From: Bradymonadia bacterium
GTDB lineage: Bacteria; Myxococcota_A; Bradymonadia; REDH01
Direction of reading: 5' to 3'
Length of the DNA stretch: 54,779 nt
NCBI GenBank assembly: GCA_047610025.1
Contig: JBLFZA010000001.1
Location: 1 to 54,779, forward strand
Made by a program: the position numbers and the translations under genes. Under the pieces are notes generated by a model, which was given only the letters and a program-made list of their open reading frames with translations, did not search any database and was not told the origin of the DNA. Below, piece after piece: positions 17,927-26,608 of this stretch. Numbering within the stretch: position 1 is the stretch's first letter; every line of letters begins with the position of its first letter.

Positions 17927-18877
17927 TTACATCGGCGAGAGCTCAGTGATCTTCAGCGTAGCGGCCGGCATGGAGTCAGCGTCGTACGTGCCGACATAGA
18001 TGTCGTACACGCCCGACATCGGTGTTGGGAACTCGACGAGCGGGTTGTAGCCGATCGTGTCGTCCGCGCAGATCCACGATCCGTCGGGCTGGTTGACCAG
18101 GAGGGTCGTGTCGGCGTCGGACTCGACGTGAATGTACAGCGGCATCGCGCCGGCTTCGTACGTGAGCTCGACATCAGGCGCGCTTGCGTGGAAGCCAGCG
18201 CATGAGCCCGCGCCTTCGACGGTGGCTTCGATCGAGCCGCCGGCAATGAGGGTCACCTCGACGGGGTCAGGCATGAAGCCGGCCGACAGGTTCTGGTTGC
18301 CGAACGTCGCGTCTGCGGAGAGGTCCATAGCGTCTGCGGCGCCTGCGGTGTCTTCGTACGTTGCAGCGGCAGCTGCGGCAGCAGCGGCAGCAGCGGCGTC
18401 ATCATCGATCGGCGAGATCTCCGTGATCATCAGCGTCGCAGGCGGCGTCGAGCCAGCGTCGTACGTGCCGACATAGATGTCGTACACGCCGGACAGAGGC
18501 GTCGGGAACTCGACGAGCGGGTTGTAACCGATGGTGTCGTCCGCGCAGACCCAGGAGCCGTCGGGCTGGTTGATCAGGAGCGTTGTGTCCACGTCGGACT
18601 CGACGTGAATGAACAGCGGCATCGCGCCGGCTTCGTAGGTGAGTTCGACGTCCGGGGCGCTTGCGTGGAAGCCAGCGCATGGGCCGGTGCCTTCGACGGT
18701 GGCTTCGATCGAGCCGCCGGCCGCGAGGGTCACCACGACGGGATCGGGCATGAAGCCGGCCGACAGGTTCTGGTTGCCGAACGTCGCGTCTGCGGAGAGA
18801 TCTTGAGCCGATACGGCGCCGGACAATGCCATGACGCTTGCAGCTGCTGCGAAACCGATAACTGACTTGGTAGACAT
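17927..18877 (-). CDS. Secreted protein with two tandem copies of the same uncharacterised ~130-aa domain joined by a poly-Ala linker
   Basis: Start chosen at MSTKSVIGFAAAASVMALSGAVSAQ, homologous to the paralog's start. The two domains are ~85-90% identical to each other by eye. Linker: DDDAAAAAAAAAAAATYEDTAGAADAMD. Confidence 0.85.
   Translation of the reverse strand: MSTKSVIGFAAAASVMALSGAVSAQDLSADATFGNQNLSAGFMPDPVVVTLAAGGSIEATVEGTGPCAGFHASAPDVELTYEAGAMPLFIHVESDVDTTLLINQPDGSWVCADDTIGYNPLVEFPTPLSGVYDIYVGTYDAGSTPPATLMITEISPIDDDAAAAAAAAAAAATYEDTAGAADAMDLSADATFGNQNLSAGFMPDPVEVTLIAGGSIEATVEGAGSCAGFHASAPDVELTYEAGAMPLYIHVESDADTTLLVNQPDGSWICADDTIGYNPLVEFPTPMSGVYDIYVGTYDADSMPAATLKITELSPM
18362..18397 (-). 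repeat. (GCN)12 trinucleotide tract encoding Ala12
   Basis: The plus strand reads tgcagcggcagctgcggcagcagcggcagcagcggc, which is 12 consecutive Ala codons on the minus strand. Confidence 0.9.
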
Positions 18878-18940
18878 GTTCTTCCTTCTGATGGAGCGTT
18901 TCAACGTGGTCTCGAAAGAGACCGGATGGACTGCAGTTTG

Positions 18941-19339
18941 TTATGCACCGACTCGGACGACGACGTCGCGAGGAATCTTCACAAGTTTCTTCCCTCTATC
19001 CACGCAGGCGAGCTCAATATCGGACTCCACCAGCGTGACATCGTCGCCCTTCCTTCGCGCAACGTGATGAAAGTTCAGCCGATACTCGCTCTCGGCCCGA
19101 ACGGTCGTGTTCACGATAACAGTGTCGCCGAACACGGCGCCAGCGCGGAACGTGAGCGACGCCTTGTACACGACGAACCCTATCTGATCGCGCTCCCACA
19201 GCGAGCGAAGATGCGCGACGCCGAGCATGTGCTCCCTCGCGCGCTCGAAGTACTTCAGGTAGTTCGCGTGGTACACGACCCCCGAGTGATCCGTGTCCTC
19301 GTAGTAGACCTGAACTTCGTGATGGAAGGCTTGCGCCAT
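18941..19339 (-). CDS. YbgC/FadM-family acyl-CoA thioesterase (4HBT hotdog)
   Basis: MAQAFHHEVQVYYEDTDHSGVVYHANYLKYFERAREHML is the canonical YbgC N-terminal motif with the catalytic Asp. Confidence 0.9.
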   Translation of the reverse strand: MAQAFHHEVQVYYEDTDHSGVVYHANYLKYFERAREHMLGVAHLRSLWERDQIGFVVYKASLTFRAGAVFGDTVIVNTTVRAESEYRLNFHHVARRKGDDVTLVESDIELACVDRGKKLVKIPRDVVVRVGA

Positions 19340-19443
19340 CGGCCAACGACCTAAAGGAGTTTCGGTGCAGAGCGCGGTGATCTAACTCACTCGCACGTCG
19401 TCGCCAAACTACCGCACCCCCAAACCTCGAACATCTTCGAAAT

Positions 19444-21312
19444 ATGGACACCAGCGCCTTCAATCAAGGGTGGGACGCCTTCGCGTACCGTTGGCTCGGC
19501 TCTCATGTGACCGAATCTGGGGTGGACTTCCGGGTCTGGGCGCCAAACGCCCAGCAAATCCACGTTCTCGGCGATTTCAATGGGTGGAGCCTGGGCGCGC
19601 ACCAGATGTACCCCATCGAACAAAGCGGCGTTTGGACCTGCGCCGTTCAGGGCGCAGCAGCTGGCGACCGCTATAAGTACGCCATCACCACGCGAGATGG
19701 GAGCCTGATCGAGAAGGCTGACCCCATGGCGCAGCTGCAAGAAGAGGCACCGCGGACGGCATCAATCGTTTATCGTACGCGGTACACGTGGCGCGACGAG
19801 GAGTGGACGAGCGCGCGCCAAGGGAAGCAACCGCATCGTGAACCCGCGCAGATGTACGAGTTGCATCTCGGTTCTTGGCGGCACATCGACGGCCAGGTGA
19901 AGTATCGCGACATCGCGGCTCCCCTAGGAGACTATCTGGTGAACGGGGGCTTCACGCACGTGGAGATTCTTCCGCTCATGGAGCACCCCTTCTACGGATC
20001 CTGGGGCTACCAAGTTACCGGCCACTTTGCGCCGACCGCCCGCTACGGTGACCCCGACGATCTCCGCTACTTGATCGATGTGCTTCACCAGCGCGGCATT
20101 GGGGTCGTTCTCGATTGGGTGCCAGCACATTTTCCGACAGACGCTCATGGTCTCGCCGAATTCGACGGGACGGCGCTCTACGAGCACGCGGACCCGAAGC
20201 AGGGATGGCATCCCGACTGGGATACGAACATCTTCAACTACGGTCGCACCGAGGTTCGCTCTTTCCTCCTCAGCTCTGCCATGTTTTGGATCGAGGAGTT
20301 TCACGCCGACGGGCTGCGCGTTGATGCCGTCGCATCGATGATCTACCGCGACTACTCCAGAAAAGACGGAGAGTGGGTACCGAACGAGCGCGGCGGACGC
20401 GAAAACGACGAGGCCGAGAGCCTGTTGCAGAAGGTCAACGAGACTCTGTACGCCCGTCACCCAGGGATACTGATGATCGCCGAGGAGTCGACCGCGTGGC
20501 CAGGTGTCTCTCGCCCGACAAAGGACGGTGGCCTCGGGTTCGGCTTCAAGTGGGACATGGGCTGGATGCACGACACCCTGCAGCACTTCGAGCGAGAGCC
20601 AGTGCATCGGCAATACCACCGTGACGAGCTTACCTTCCGCTCGGTGTATGCGAGCAGTGAGAATTACATGCTCGCGCTGTCTCATGACGAGGTGGTGCAC
20701 GGGAAACGCCCCCTGCTCACGAAGTTGCCAGGCGATCGCTGGCAACAGTTCGCGAACAACCGTCTGCTTTGGGCCTATCAGGCGACGCAGCCGGGCAAGT
20801 CGCTCATCTTTATGGGGATGGAGTTTGGGCAGACCACCGAGTGGAACCACGACGAGGCCCTGCCTTGGAATCTTCTGGAGCATGCACAGCATGTAGAGCT
20901 GCTGCGGTGGACAGCCGCCCTGAACAAGCTCGTCGTCGGCACGCCCGCCCTTCACGAGCGTGACTGCCATGAGGACGGAACGCGCTGGCTTCAGTCTGGG
21001 CGTGCGGAAGACGGCGTCATGGTCGCTGCGCGTTTTGCCGACGATGGAAGCGCTGTTGTGGTGTGCCTGAATTTCACGCCGATAGCGCGACAAGGATTCC
21101 GAGTAGGTGTGCCCAGCGATGGCCTGTGGCTGGAAGTGTTAAACAGCGACGACCTCGCTTTTGGCGGAACGGGCTTAGTGTACGACTCTCCGCGAGCCGC
21201 GACCGCCGTCCCCGCAATGGGAGAAGACCACTCTGTCGAGGTGTTGGTACCGCCGCTCGGTGCTGTGTTCCTCGCGCGTGCCCGGACTCAAGAGGCGGAG
21301 ACAGAGCGATGA
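19444..21312 (+). CDS. glgB: 1,4-alpha-glucan branching enzyme
   Basis: FRVWAPNA..V.VLGDFNGW, GFTHVEILPLMEHPFYGSWGYQVTG.FAPT.RYG, GIGVVLDWVPAHF, DGLRVDAVASM, IAEESTAWP, LSHDEVVHGK: all GH13 GlgB signature blocks are present. Confidence 0.97.
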   Translation: MDTSAFNQGWDAFAYRWLGSHVTESGVDFRVWAPNAQQIHVLGDFNGWSLGAHQMYPIEQSGVWTCAVQGAAAGDRYKYAITTRDGSLIEKADPMAQLQEEAPRTASIVYRTRYTWRDEEWTSARQGKQPHREPAQMYELHLGSWRHIDGQVKYRDIAAPLGDYLVNGGFTHVEILPLMEHPFYGSWGYQVTGHFAPTARYGDPDDLRYLIDVLHQRGIGVVLDWVPAHFPTDAHGLAEFDGTALYEHADPKQGWHPDWDTNIFNYGRTEVRSFLLSSAMFWIEEFHADGLRVDAVASMIYRDYSRKDGEWVPNERGGRENDEAESLLQKVNETLYARHPGILMIAEESTAWPGVSRPTKDGGLGFGFKWDMGWMHDTLQHFEREPVHRQYHRDELTFRSVYASSENYMLALSHDEVVHGKRPLLTKLPGDRWQQFANNRLLWAYQATQPGKSLIFMGMEFGQTTEWNHDEALPWNLLEHAQHVELLRWTAALNKLVVGTPALHERDCHEDGTRWLQSGRAEDGVMVAARFADDGSAVVVCLNFTPIARQGFRVGVPSDGLWLEVLNSDDLAFGGTGLVYDSPRAATAVPAMGEDHSVEVLVPPLGAVFLARARTQEAETER

Positions 21313-22781
21313 AGCGAATGATCTGCGTGCATGGGCACTTCTACCAACCGCCGCGGGAAGACCCGTGGACACGTGCTGTGCCGAACGAGCCGAGCGCGAG
21401 TCCCTTCGACAACTGGAACAGCCGAATCACAGAAGAGTGCTACCGCCCGATGGGTTGCGCGAAGGTGCATGCAACCGAGCGGCACGGCGAGCGTGTCATC
21501 AACAACTATGAGTGGATGAACTTCAACATTGGGCCGACGCTGCTGAGATGGCTGGCGACTGAAGCGCCGGAAGTGATCGCAAAGTTGAAGCACGCCGATC
21601 AGGCGTCCATTGAGCGTTGGGGTGCAGGAAACGCTATCGCCCAAAGCTACCATCACGCGATTCTTCCCCTCTGTACCGAGAGGGACCGCCGGACCGAATT
21701 GGAGTGGAGCAAAGCGGTGTTTCGGCAGACGTTCGGCCGCGACCCGGAAGGGCTCTGGTTACCGGAGGCGGCGGTGGATCTCGCGACGCTCGAGAGCGTT
21801 GCCCGCGCGGGATTTCGATTCGTGATCCTCGCCCCTCGGCAATGCAAGGCCGTACGAGCGCCCGGTGCGACAGCCTATCGAGACGTCAGCGGAGTCGAGA
21901 CGGCCCGTGCGTACGGTGTCCCACTGCCATCAGGGCGGAAAATTGCCGCCTTCTTTTATCATGGCCCGCTGTCGCAGGCGGTCGCGTTTGAGCAGTTACT
22001 CGACGACGGCGAGCGTTTCGCGCAGCGGTTACGAGGCGAGGCGTTGCGGTCTCCTGTGCGCGAGGGGCTGACGCATATCGCAACGGACGGAGAGAGCTAC
22101 GGTCATCACCATCGCTTCGGTGAGATGGCGCTGGCCTACGCGTTGATGCGATTGACCGAGTCGGATGACGTGGCTCTCACGAACTACTCGGCCTATCTGA
22201 ACGCCCACCCCGCTCAGTGGGACGCGTTGATACACGAACCGTCGTCTTGGAGCTGTGCTCATGGCGTCGAGCGCTGGCGGAGCAATTGCGGATGCGGAAT
22301 GCGCGACGAACGCCGCTGGACTCACGGGTGGCGGGTGCCGTTGCGAGCAGCACTCGAGACGCTCCGTGATCAGATCGCGTTCGCGTATGAACGTGCGCTC
22401 GCTCCCCTCGTGCGAGATTGCTGGCAGCTTCGCGATGAGTACGAAGCCGCCGCGATCGCCGATCTCATTGACCCGCTGCTCGACGCTCACGCCGTCGCCC
22501 CGCTGGCTGATGATGAACGCACGCGACTGTATCGATGGCTTTCGCTGCAGCGAGATTCGCTCGCCATGTTCGCGAGCTGCGGCTGGTTCTTTGACGACCC
22601 GATCGGGCTGGAGCCGACGAACAATCTCAAGACTGCGGCGCGAGCAATTGAGCAGTTAGAGGAGTTGAGCGGAGAAGAGGTCGGCGAGGAATTTTTCGAG
22701 TCCCTCCGCGGGTGGCCTACTGCGGGCAACGCGGCACCGGCTTGGCGCGAGCACATTCTGGGCGAGCGGCCGAAAGCCTAG
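21309..22781 (+). CDS. Glycoside hydrolase family 57 protein (alpha-glucan-active, DUF3536-type C-terminus)
   Basis: MKRMICVHGHFYQPPREDPW is the typical GH57 N-terminus. GESYGHHH is also present. The ATG overlaps the glgB stop (ATGA, 21309-21312). The track ORF from 21063 is an out-of-context extension inside glgB. Confidence 0.9.
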   Translation: MKRMICVHGHFYQPPREDPWTRAVPNEPSASPFDNWNSRITEECYRPMGCAKVHATERHGERVINNYEWMNFNIGPTLLRWLATEAPEVIAKLKHADQASIERWGAGNAIAQSYHHAILPLCTERDRRTELEWSKAVFRQTFGRDPEGLWLPEAAVDLATLESVARAGFRFVILAPRQCKAVRAPGATAYRDVSGVETARAYGVPLPSGRKIAAFFYHGPLSQAVAFEQLLDDGERFAQRLRGEALRSPVREGLTHIATDGESYGHHHRFGEMALAYALMRLTESDDVALTNYSAYLNAHPAQWDALIHEPSSWSCAHGVERWRSNCGCGMRDERRWTHGWRVPLRAALETLRDQIAFAYERALAPLVRDCWQLRDEYEAAAIADLIDPLLDAHAVAPLADDERTRLYRWLSLQRDSLAMFASCGWFFDDPIGLEPTNNLKTAARAIEQLEELSGEEVGEEFFESLRGWPTAGNAAPAWREHILGERPKA

Positions 22782-22828
22782 TCGAGAGTAATCTGGACAG
22801 AATCGTAATGCCCACTCTGGCAAAACGA

Positions 22829-22862
22829 AGAGAGCCGCCGTGGATCTCCGCGGCGGCTCTCT
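22829..22862. terminator. Bidirectional terminator hairpin between convergent GH57 and sigma-factor genes
   Basis: Perfect 12-bp stem AGAGAGCCGCCG/CGGCGGCTCTCT (22829-22840 / 22851-22862) with a 10-nt loop, followed by TTGCT on the plus strand. Confidence 0.6.
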
Positions 22863-22885
22863 TTGCTCGATCAGCGAACTGACGG

Positions 22886-23443
22886 CTACGCAAGCTCGGC
22901 CGCGAGTATTCGAACCGCTTGGCGCGCGCGATGCAGGCGGGACTTCACGGCAGCTGTAGTCAGTCCGAGTGTCTCAGCGACCTCTTCCTTCGACCGGCCC
23001 TCGACATCCATCGCAAGAAAGAGCTCACGGTTCAGCGGATCGAGGTCGTCCAGACAGCGTTCAACCTGAACCAACGCTTGCCGCGAAGCGGTTACGGCGT
23101 CCGGCCGAACCTTCGCGTCGGAGTTCAAATCTCCGAAGTTCGCTGCTTCGACCACCTGAGCGTCGATCGGCATCGGCACTCTCTTTCTCTTCCGGAGAAG
23201 CATCAACGCTGCATTGCGCGTCACCTGCGACACCCACGCCTTCAAGTTTGTATTCTCTCGCAAGAACTCCGCCTTCCGGTAGGTGATCCACACCACATCT
23301 TGCAGAACTTCTTCCGCATCCCACTCGTCTGTCACGATCCGGCGTGCAATTGCCAGGATGTGGCCCTTGTAGCGCTCGTAGAAAACATCAAGCGCGAGGA
23401 TGTCTTTGCACTGCAAACCGTCGAGTAGTTGTTGCTTGTCCAT
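22886..23443 (-). CDS. ECF-type RNA polymerase sigma-70 family factor
   Basis: Region 2: FYERYKGHILAIARRIV.DEWDAEEVLQDVVWITY; AWVSQVTRNAALMLLRKRKR. Region 4: REL.FLAMDVEGRSKEEVAETLGLTTAAVKSRLHRARQAV. Start at MDKQQ (ATG 23443). Confidence 0.9.
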   Translation of the reverse strand: MDKQQLLDGLQCKDILALDVFYERYKGHILAIARRIVTDEWDAEEVLQDVVWITYRKAEFLRENTNLKAWVSQVTRNAALMLLRKRKRVPMPIDAQVVEAANFGDLNSDAKVRPDAVTASRQALVQVERCLDDLDPLNRELFLAMDVEGRSKEEVAETLGLTTAAVKSRLHRARQAVRILAAELA

Positions 23444-23499
23444 CTTTTTGTTCTGATTGGCGATGTGGGATGCTCTGGATGTGGACAGAGTATGGACAC

Positions 23500-23526
23500 A
23501 ATTCCCTCTTGAGGCAAGGGGGAATT
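23500..23526. promoter_or_regulatory. Near-perfect 12-3-12 inverted repeat upstream of the ECF sigma gene (candidate operator or 5' UTR hairpin)
   Basis: AATTCCCTCTTG-agg-CAAGGGGGAATT has one mismatch and lies 57-83 nt upstream of the chosen start codon. Confidence 0.3.
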
Positions 23527-23794
23527 GGGGCAGAATCAAAGATTGGCTCAAAATCTAGACAGATTGTTCATGTTTTGTCGGCCTTTGTGCGGATGTCTGC
23601 GGCGCGCTGTTGTGTAAGTGCTCGTAAATTAGGGGAAAGGCTTCTTGTGCGCGCGGCCGGGAGGTTGGCCGCGCTGCGAGCGCAATGACGCGGTAACGTG
23701 CTCCCAACGCGGATGGAGACGGCGTAATGTCGGCAAAACCGATCGCGGGCGATCCATACCCACCCCCACAAAGAACGACTCGTCGCGGTGCTGT

Positions 23795-25225
23795 CTAGGT
23801 CGTGCCGAAGCGAAAGCGGACAACCTGGCGCCTGTACGAGAAGATACGACGGAGCTCGTGGCGGATGAACATCCAGTGCACGATGCGCCCAAGGATCCCA
23901 AGCGGGGGGCGATAATGCACGACATCAAGCATGGTCGTCTGCCCCTGATCCTCCCCCGCGATGAAGCGATGCTCGTGCAACCAGCTTCGGTAGGGGCCGC
24001 GAAGCTGCACATCTACAAAGTGACTTCCTGGCACGAACGAGGCGATCTCTGTCTGCCAGTTCATGGGAATTGGGCCGAGCGTGATGCGATAATCGATCAC
24101 ATCGCCCGTCTCGGTGTCGCCCGCGGGCGGCGTTAGAATGTCGAACGACATGTGCGGAGGCGTGAGAATCCCTAGATTTTCTGCGCGACTGAAGAACGAG
24201 AAGACGTCGTCGAGCGATTGCTGCAGCGTTACCTCAGTTCGCAATCTGTACGTCGCACCGCGCTTGTCCAGATACTGACTCTTGGGGGTGTCCGTTGCCC
24301 CTCCGATCTCGACATCTCCGTTGTCGAGGATGTCGCGCAGCGCGTCTTCTACAGTGCGGAACGCGAATTCAAATCCCAGCGCCTCAAGTCTCGTCGGCCG
24401 AGCAAACTGACCCCCTAGCATTGGCTGCGCGCCCTCGCCGAACAACGCCTTGAGGGCGAGCGGAGGGACTGGGATAAGCGCGGGTCGATTTAGCTGAGAC
24501 GCGAGCGCTTTTGTGAACTCGGCATTGGAAACGGGATTCGGCGCCGTGCCATTGATGGCACCTTCCACGGCGTCGTTTTCAATCGCGAACACAATCGCCT
24601 CGACGATGTCAGCATGATGAATCCATGCCATCCCCTGTCGGCCAGAGCCGATCCGCCCTCCTGCGCCCAGTCGAAACGGTGGCAACATTTTCTGCAGCGC
24701 GCCGCCCTCGGCGCCAAGCACGATGCCGGTGCGTAGCAGCACCACGCGACAACCGATCGCCGCGGCGTCTGCGGCTGCGGTCTCCCAGTCGACAGTCAGC
24801 TGTGCGAGGAAGTCATCACCCGCAGAACTATCCTCGTCGACCTCTGCGGCGTTGAGCCCGTAGAAGCCGACGGCAGAGCCGGATACGAAGACTCGCGGGG
24901 CGTCGTCACCCACCTCATTCATTGCAGACACTAGCCGCTTCGTGACTCCAATCCGCGACGTTCGCAAGGTGTCTTTATAGCCCTTCGACCACCGTTTCCC
25001 GACAACAGGCGCACCTGCGAGATTGACGACAGCGTCAGCACGTCTCATCGCATCGAGCAGCCCCGACCTGTCGGATGTGGACACCAACTCGATGGACCGT
25101 TCAAGTTGAGTACGCGCACTCTTCGTGTCGCGTACCCAGGCCGTGAGGGTGTGTCCGTCTCGCATGAGGCGGTGGCAGAGCGCACCGCCGATGAAACCGG
25201 TTGCACCGGTAATGAAGATGTTCAA
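23795..25225 (-). CDS. TIGR01777/YfcH-like SDR epimerase fused to a C-terminal SRPBCC (cyclase/dehydrase-like) domain
   Basis: TTG start. ITGATGFIGGAL Rossmann motif. DUF1731-like block RPALIPVPPLALKALFGEGA...RLEALGFEFAF. The SRPBCC-like C-terminal ~150 aa read YRLRTEVTL...FSFFSRAENLG..TPP...GPYRSWLHEHRF. Confidence 0.85.
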   Translation of the reverse strand: MNIFITGATGFIGGALCHRLMRDGHTLTAWVRDTKSARTQLERSIELVSTSDRSGLLDAMRRADAVVNLAGAPVVGKRWSKGYKDTLRTSRIGVTKRLVSAMNEVGDDAPRVFVSGSAVGFYGLNAAEVDEDSSAGDDFLAQLTVDWETAAADAAAIGCRVVLLRTGIVLGAEGGALQKMLPPFRLGAGGRIGSGRQGMAWIHHADIVEAIVFAIENDAVEGAINGTAPNPVSNAEFTKALASQLNRPALIPVPPLALKALFGEGAQPMLGGQFARPTRLEALGFEFAFRTVEDALRDILDNGDVEIGGATDTPKSQYLDKRGATYRLRTEVTLQQSLDDVFSFFSRAENLGILTPPHMSFDILTPPAGDTETGDVIDYRITLGPIPMNWQTEIASFVPGSHFVDVQLRGPYRSWLHEHRFIAGEDQGQTTMLDVVHYRPPLGILGRIVHWMFIRHELRRIFSYRRQVVRFRFGTT

Positions 25226-25303
25226 AATCCGGTCCTGCAGGGGGGCTTGACGCTGCGCGGCGGCTCTCGATGAGAGATGAGTCTCGGGCGCGGCTGTGCG
25301 AGT

Positions 25304-26275
25304 CTACTGTGAATTGTGCTCAATAGCGCGTGAAAGGAGCTCTTCAATAATGGACCGCGCTTGAGCGGTACCGTCTGCCAGCTCATCATGGAATGCTGAT
25401 TCGAACTCGTCGTTGCGGTGACAGCTGCGACAATATTGCTCAAAAGCGATCAGCGACGTTGCGAGCTGCGACAGATGATTTGGGCAGGCACAGTCGCTGT
25501 GAATACCGGCCTCTCTGAGGTCTTCAAGCTGGCTGTCGGAGTATCGCCTGAGGCTCATCCGCGGCGGGTCGTCTCGTGAATCGCGTTCAAGCTGCTGAAG
25601 CCGCACGTAGTCCACCACGACCTCGACAATCGACTGCGTGCGGAGTGGCCCTTGCACAAGCTTGATTCCTGCGTTCTGCAGACGCTTCAGCACGTCTTTG
25701 GGGGCGAATGTATAGAGGACGATTGCCGAGCTGGCGTCTACCCATCGCATGCACGATTCAAGCGTGAGGACTGGAGTATCCCCGAGCAGGGGTAGCGACG
25801 CCACCACGACATCTGCCTTAGAGTTCGGCATGCGCCCCAAAAAGGCCTTTGGCGTATCGCCTCGATGAGCCACGTCGAGGGACATGCGACTCACTACGGT
25901 CGGTTCATCCTCTATTCGGCCGGCGAGTTTCCCGTGTACCACGGCGACGCGGATACTTTTGGGGGTATCGGAAGTCGGGGTGTTGGGCACAAGTTGGGCC
26001 CGCAGCTCATCGTCAGGCAGATTTGCGACCGCCCCGATGGAGAAGCCTCTGTCGGTCAATGTCTTCAAGAGTCGCAGCCGAACGACGTCGTTTTCGCTAA
26101 AACGTCGTGTACCGCCGGAAGAGCGCTGGGGCTGAACAGCACCGTAACGCCTTTCCCACACTCGGATTGTCTCCGCCTTTACACCGGTGAGCTCGGCTAC
26201 TGCACCAATGTGATAGAGTCCTCTGGTGCCGTCGACCGCGTCGAAGAGCCCTGCGTTCGCATGTTGATCATCCAT
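25304..26275 (-). CDS. MerR-family transcriptional regulator with a large C-terminal domain ending in a Cys cluster
   Basis: HTH: LYHIGAVAELTGVKAETIRVWERRYGAV.P.RS.GG.RRFSENDVVRLRLLK. The C-terminal ~230 aa are unassigned and include DCACPNH...CRSCH. Start chosen at MDDQHAN (ATG 26275). Confidence 0.85.
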   Translation of the reverse strand: MDDQHANAGLFDAVDGTRGLYHIGAVAELTGVKAETIRVWERRYGAVQPQRSSGGTRRFSENDVVRLRLLKTLTDRGFSIGAVANLPDDELRAQLVPNTPTSDTPKSIRVAVVHGKLAGRIEDEPTVVSRMSLDVAHRGDTPKAFLGRMPNSKADVVVASLPLLGDTPVLTLESCMRWVDASSAIVLYTFAPKDVLKRLQNAGIKLVQGPLRTQSIVEVVVDYVRLQQLERDSRDDPPRMSLRRYSDSQLEDLREAGIHSDCACPNHLSQLATSLIAFEQYCRSCHRNDEFESAFHDELADGTAQARSIIEELLSRAIEHNSQ

Positions 26276-26608
26276 GGTTTGTCCAACTCTGGTTTCGATG
26301 TTGCCGCCCGAGGCCGCGGGATAGCGGGCCGAAAGCAGACATCCTTCAGACACTGAATGCTGAAGTAACCTTGGGTGGTTCGCGACAGAATCTCGACAAA
26401 GCTGGAAATCGGCAAGTTGCCCAGATTTTTCTGCGAGCTGTAGCGATTTGGCCAGACGTTGGCCGGATGACTCGGTTCTTGACAATGGGTCTCTGACGCA
26501 CCGTTTGGAGTGTTCTTCAAAAAAGTCAGCTGCCTGCGTTGTTCGCCTGCGATCCGTACGGTAGTGTACAGATATAGTCAGACACCCTTTTGTCGCTTTG
26601 GAGCTGCA

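Larger units (their letters stand above)
17691..19075. repeat. Tandem segmental duplication, unit 2 (decayed START-like 5' fragment + terminator + two-domain secreted-protein gene + 5' UTR + intact thioesterase 3' end)
   Basis: See unit 1. Unit 2 is ~390-470 bp longer (boundaries approximate) because its secreted-protein gene has an additional internal domain duplication. Confidence 0.8.

Noticed and set aside
19924-21093. 389-aa minus-strand ORF inside glgB
   Set aside because: It is antisense to an unambiguous GlgB coding sequence, a typical high-GC shadow ORF.
26448-26466. TGGCCA-N5-TGGCCG resembling a sigma-54 -24/-12 element upstream of the EGF-repeat gene
   Set aside because: The -12 element lacks the TTGC core, and no bacterial enhancer-binding protein gene is nearby. 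I judged it a chance match.
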